A stretch of DNA of 63,179 nt, filler included, from Octopus bimaculoides (lineage: Eukaryota): NCBI RefSeq assembly GCF_001194135.2. It is 3 parts of 2 records of this genome, joined end to end, with 100 filler letters (N's around TTAATTAATTAA, not from the genome) between each part and the next. Parts side by side here need not be neighbours in the genome. Positions count along the whole stretch, not along the records: positions 52,977 to 63,179 come from NC_068989.1; 2 more parts are not named here. The stretch is one strand, 5' to 3'. The position numbers and the translations under genes are program-made. Below are positions 61,001 through 63,179 of this stretch, in pieces (within the stretch, counting starts at the first letter, position 1; each line of letters begins with the position of its first letter). The notes under the pieces are model-generated. The model had not been told where the DNA came from, made no database searches, and saw only the letters and a list, made by a program, of their open reading frames with translations.

Positions 61001-62184
61001 GGTTGTTGCCTCATTCATTTCTCCCCTATCAACTTTTCCACNNNNNNNNNNNNNNNNNNNNNNNNNNNNNNNNNNNNNNNNNNNNNNNNNNNNNNNNNNN
61101 NNNNNNNNNNNNNNNNNNNNNNNNNNNNNNNNNNNNNNNNNNNNNNNNNNNNNNNNNNNNNNNNNNNNNNNNNNNNNNNNNNNNNNNNNNNNNNNNNNNN
61201 NNNNNNNNNNNNNNNNNNNNNNNNNNNNNNNNNNNNNNNNNNNNNNNNNNNNNNNNNNNNNNNNNNNNNNNNNNNNNNNNNNNNNNNNNNNNNNNNNNNN
61301 NNNNNNNNNNNNNNNNNNNNNNNNNNNNNNNNNNNNNNNNNNNNNNNNNNNNNNNNNNNNNNNNNNNNNNNNNNNNNNNNNNNNNNNNNNNNNNNNNNNN
61401 NNNNNNNNNNNNNNNNNNNNNNNNNNNNNNNNNNNNNNNNNNNNNNNNNNNNNNNNNNNNNNNNNNNNNNNNNNNNNNNNNNNNNNNNNNNNNNNNNNNN
61501 NNNNNNNNNNNNNNNNNNNNNNNNNNNNNNNNNNNNNNNNNNNNNNNNNNNNNNNNNNNNNNNNNNNNNNNNNNNNNNNNNNNNNTATATGTATATATGT
61601 ATGTATGTATGCCTTTTTTATCATAATATTGTCAAAAGCTATTGCTCATGATGCTTCAAGATGAAGTATTAACAAGACATTTTGTGTGTAGACATTTGAG
61701 CGAGCTCCTGTGACCTTATGGAATGAAGTAATTGAATTGAACAAGACACACGCAGACACGCAAAAATAAAGAAATAAAATAAAAGGTCAACAACAAATAG
61801 AAAAAATTTATTTTCCCAATTAAACAGAAATAAATAATAAAAGACAATAAATACACTCATAAAAAAAAAAAGGAGCAAAAACTATTTGTAAACTAGATTT
61901 TATTTTTGAAAAAGTCTTTTTAGATAATCGATTATTATTATCATCATCATCATCATCATCATCATCATCGTTATTATTATTATTTTCATTATTGTATGGT
62001 AATTGATGTGATCAGTTTTGTGCAAAATAAAATCAAAAATTAATTCTCTACATGTGTATTTCTGTGTGTGTGTGTGTGTATCAACAATTACTATGACGAC
62101 TATTTGGAAAGGTTAACGGATAAATAAAATGTCCTTAAGCACATGAGATGGCAGGCCTTCTTCCCTTGTTTCAGTTATCATTAT

Positions 62185-62380
62185 CATTTAACATCTGTTT
62201 TCCATGCTGGCATGGGGTGGACAGTTTGACGGAAGCTGGCAAGGCCAAGAGCTGCACCAGGCTCCATTGTTTTAGCATAAGCATAGTTTCTACAACAGGA
62301 TGCCCTTCCTTACACCAACAATTTTACAGAGTCTACTGGGTGCTTTTTCCATGCCACTAGCACCAATGCTTTTTACATGA
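62185..62380 (-). mobile_element. SINE family D, 3' half
   Basis: aacatctgttttccatgctggcatggggtggacagtttgac...tttctacaacaggatgcccttcc...gtgctttttccatgccac. Confidence 0.8.
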
Positions 62381-62439
62381 CACACACACACACACATGGA
62401 TAGTTTGCTATTTGGTTAAGGTGGGACCAACAAAAAAGT

Positions 62440-62755
62440 GCTCCCATCCAGTGGCACGTAAAAAGCACCATTCAAGTGTGGTCAATGCTAGTACCACCGA
62501 ACTGGCCCTCATGCTGGTGGCACGTAAAAAGCACCCAGTGCACTCTCAGCGTGGTTGGCATTAGGAAGGGCATCCAGCTGTAGAAACTTTGCCAGATCAG
62601 ATTGGAGCCTGGTGAGGCCTCCTGTCATGNNNNNNNNNNCCAGATCAGATTGGAGCCTGGTGAGGCCTCCTGTCATGCCAGTCCTCAGTCAAACCGTCCA
62701 ACCCATGTCAGCATGGAAAGCGGACGTTAAACAACCACAATGACGATGATGATGA
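62440..62755 (+). mobile_element. SINE family D
   Basis: gtggcacgtaaaaagcacc x2, ggcatccagctgtagaaac, aacccatgtcagcatggaaagcggacgttaaac, then (GAT)n. Confidence 0.85.
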
Positions 62756-63120
62756 TATATAACAGGTTCTAGATTTGATTTAATTGGCTACCCATATTTC
62801 TGAAGAAAATTTCTGGTCATAACATTGAATAATAATGATAACCATTGATATTAATGAAGTTGCTTATTTTGCCTCTATTTTTTGTTCATTCTGCTCACAA
62901 TAAACTATTGATAGTATCACAGGATGAAACAGAACATCGTATGATGCAGTTAATTTGGATATCTTAAGGGAAGAGAATACATTGGTTGAGATGATGATGT
63001 TTGTTATCTAATACACACCCTCAAGGAAATTGAACTCCGCAACACAAACAAAGAAAGCAGTCTGTAATTGTAGAGTAGTCTCATCAGCATTGATCTACTA
63101 CTGATGTTAAATATGCAATA

Positions 63121-63123
<3 letters not shown>

Positions 63124-63179
<56 letters not shown>
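63124..63179. repeat. (GT)n microsatellite
   Basis: Seen directly. Confidence 0.95.

Noticed and set aside
62592-62677. Exact 38-bp tandem duplication
   Set aside because: Same pattern around a 10-N gap; assembly overlap.

Overview
AT-rich, gap-ridden (many N runs) eukaryotic genomic DNA, almost certainly non-coding (intronic or intergenic). It is saturated with microsatellites and transposable elements. The repeat families and microsatellite style look like an octopus genome, but that is recognition from memory, not a database match. No host protein-coding gene could be identified; nearly all ORFs in the track are microsatellite or N-gap artefacts, or decayed transposon frames. Supported content: (i) seven decayed Tc1/mariner copies from at least four lineages (mariner-like, DD41D rosa-like, DD37D maT-like, Tc1-like); (ii) a near full-length, decayed R4/Dong-type RLE non-LTR retrotransposon (38925-42283, minus) stacked with two other elements in (TAA)n tracts; (iii) a Penelope-like GIY-YIG element whose 3' repeat carries a tRNA-like A/B-box module and a minimal hammerhead-ribozyme motif; (iv) CR1-like and RTE-like LINE scraps, hAT-type MITEs, fold-back elements and a probable Helitron 3' end; (v) dozens of tRNA-derived SINEs in four families, including a head-to-tail array of about 10 SINE units at 34.7-37.2 kb. 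The best leads are the Penelope hammerhead/Pol III module, the SINE array, the (TAA)n-targeted retroelement stack, and a few isolated exon-like segments on the minus strand. Two TTAATTAATTAA words inside N runs are assembly linkers. Most element boundaries were read by eye and are approximate.
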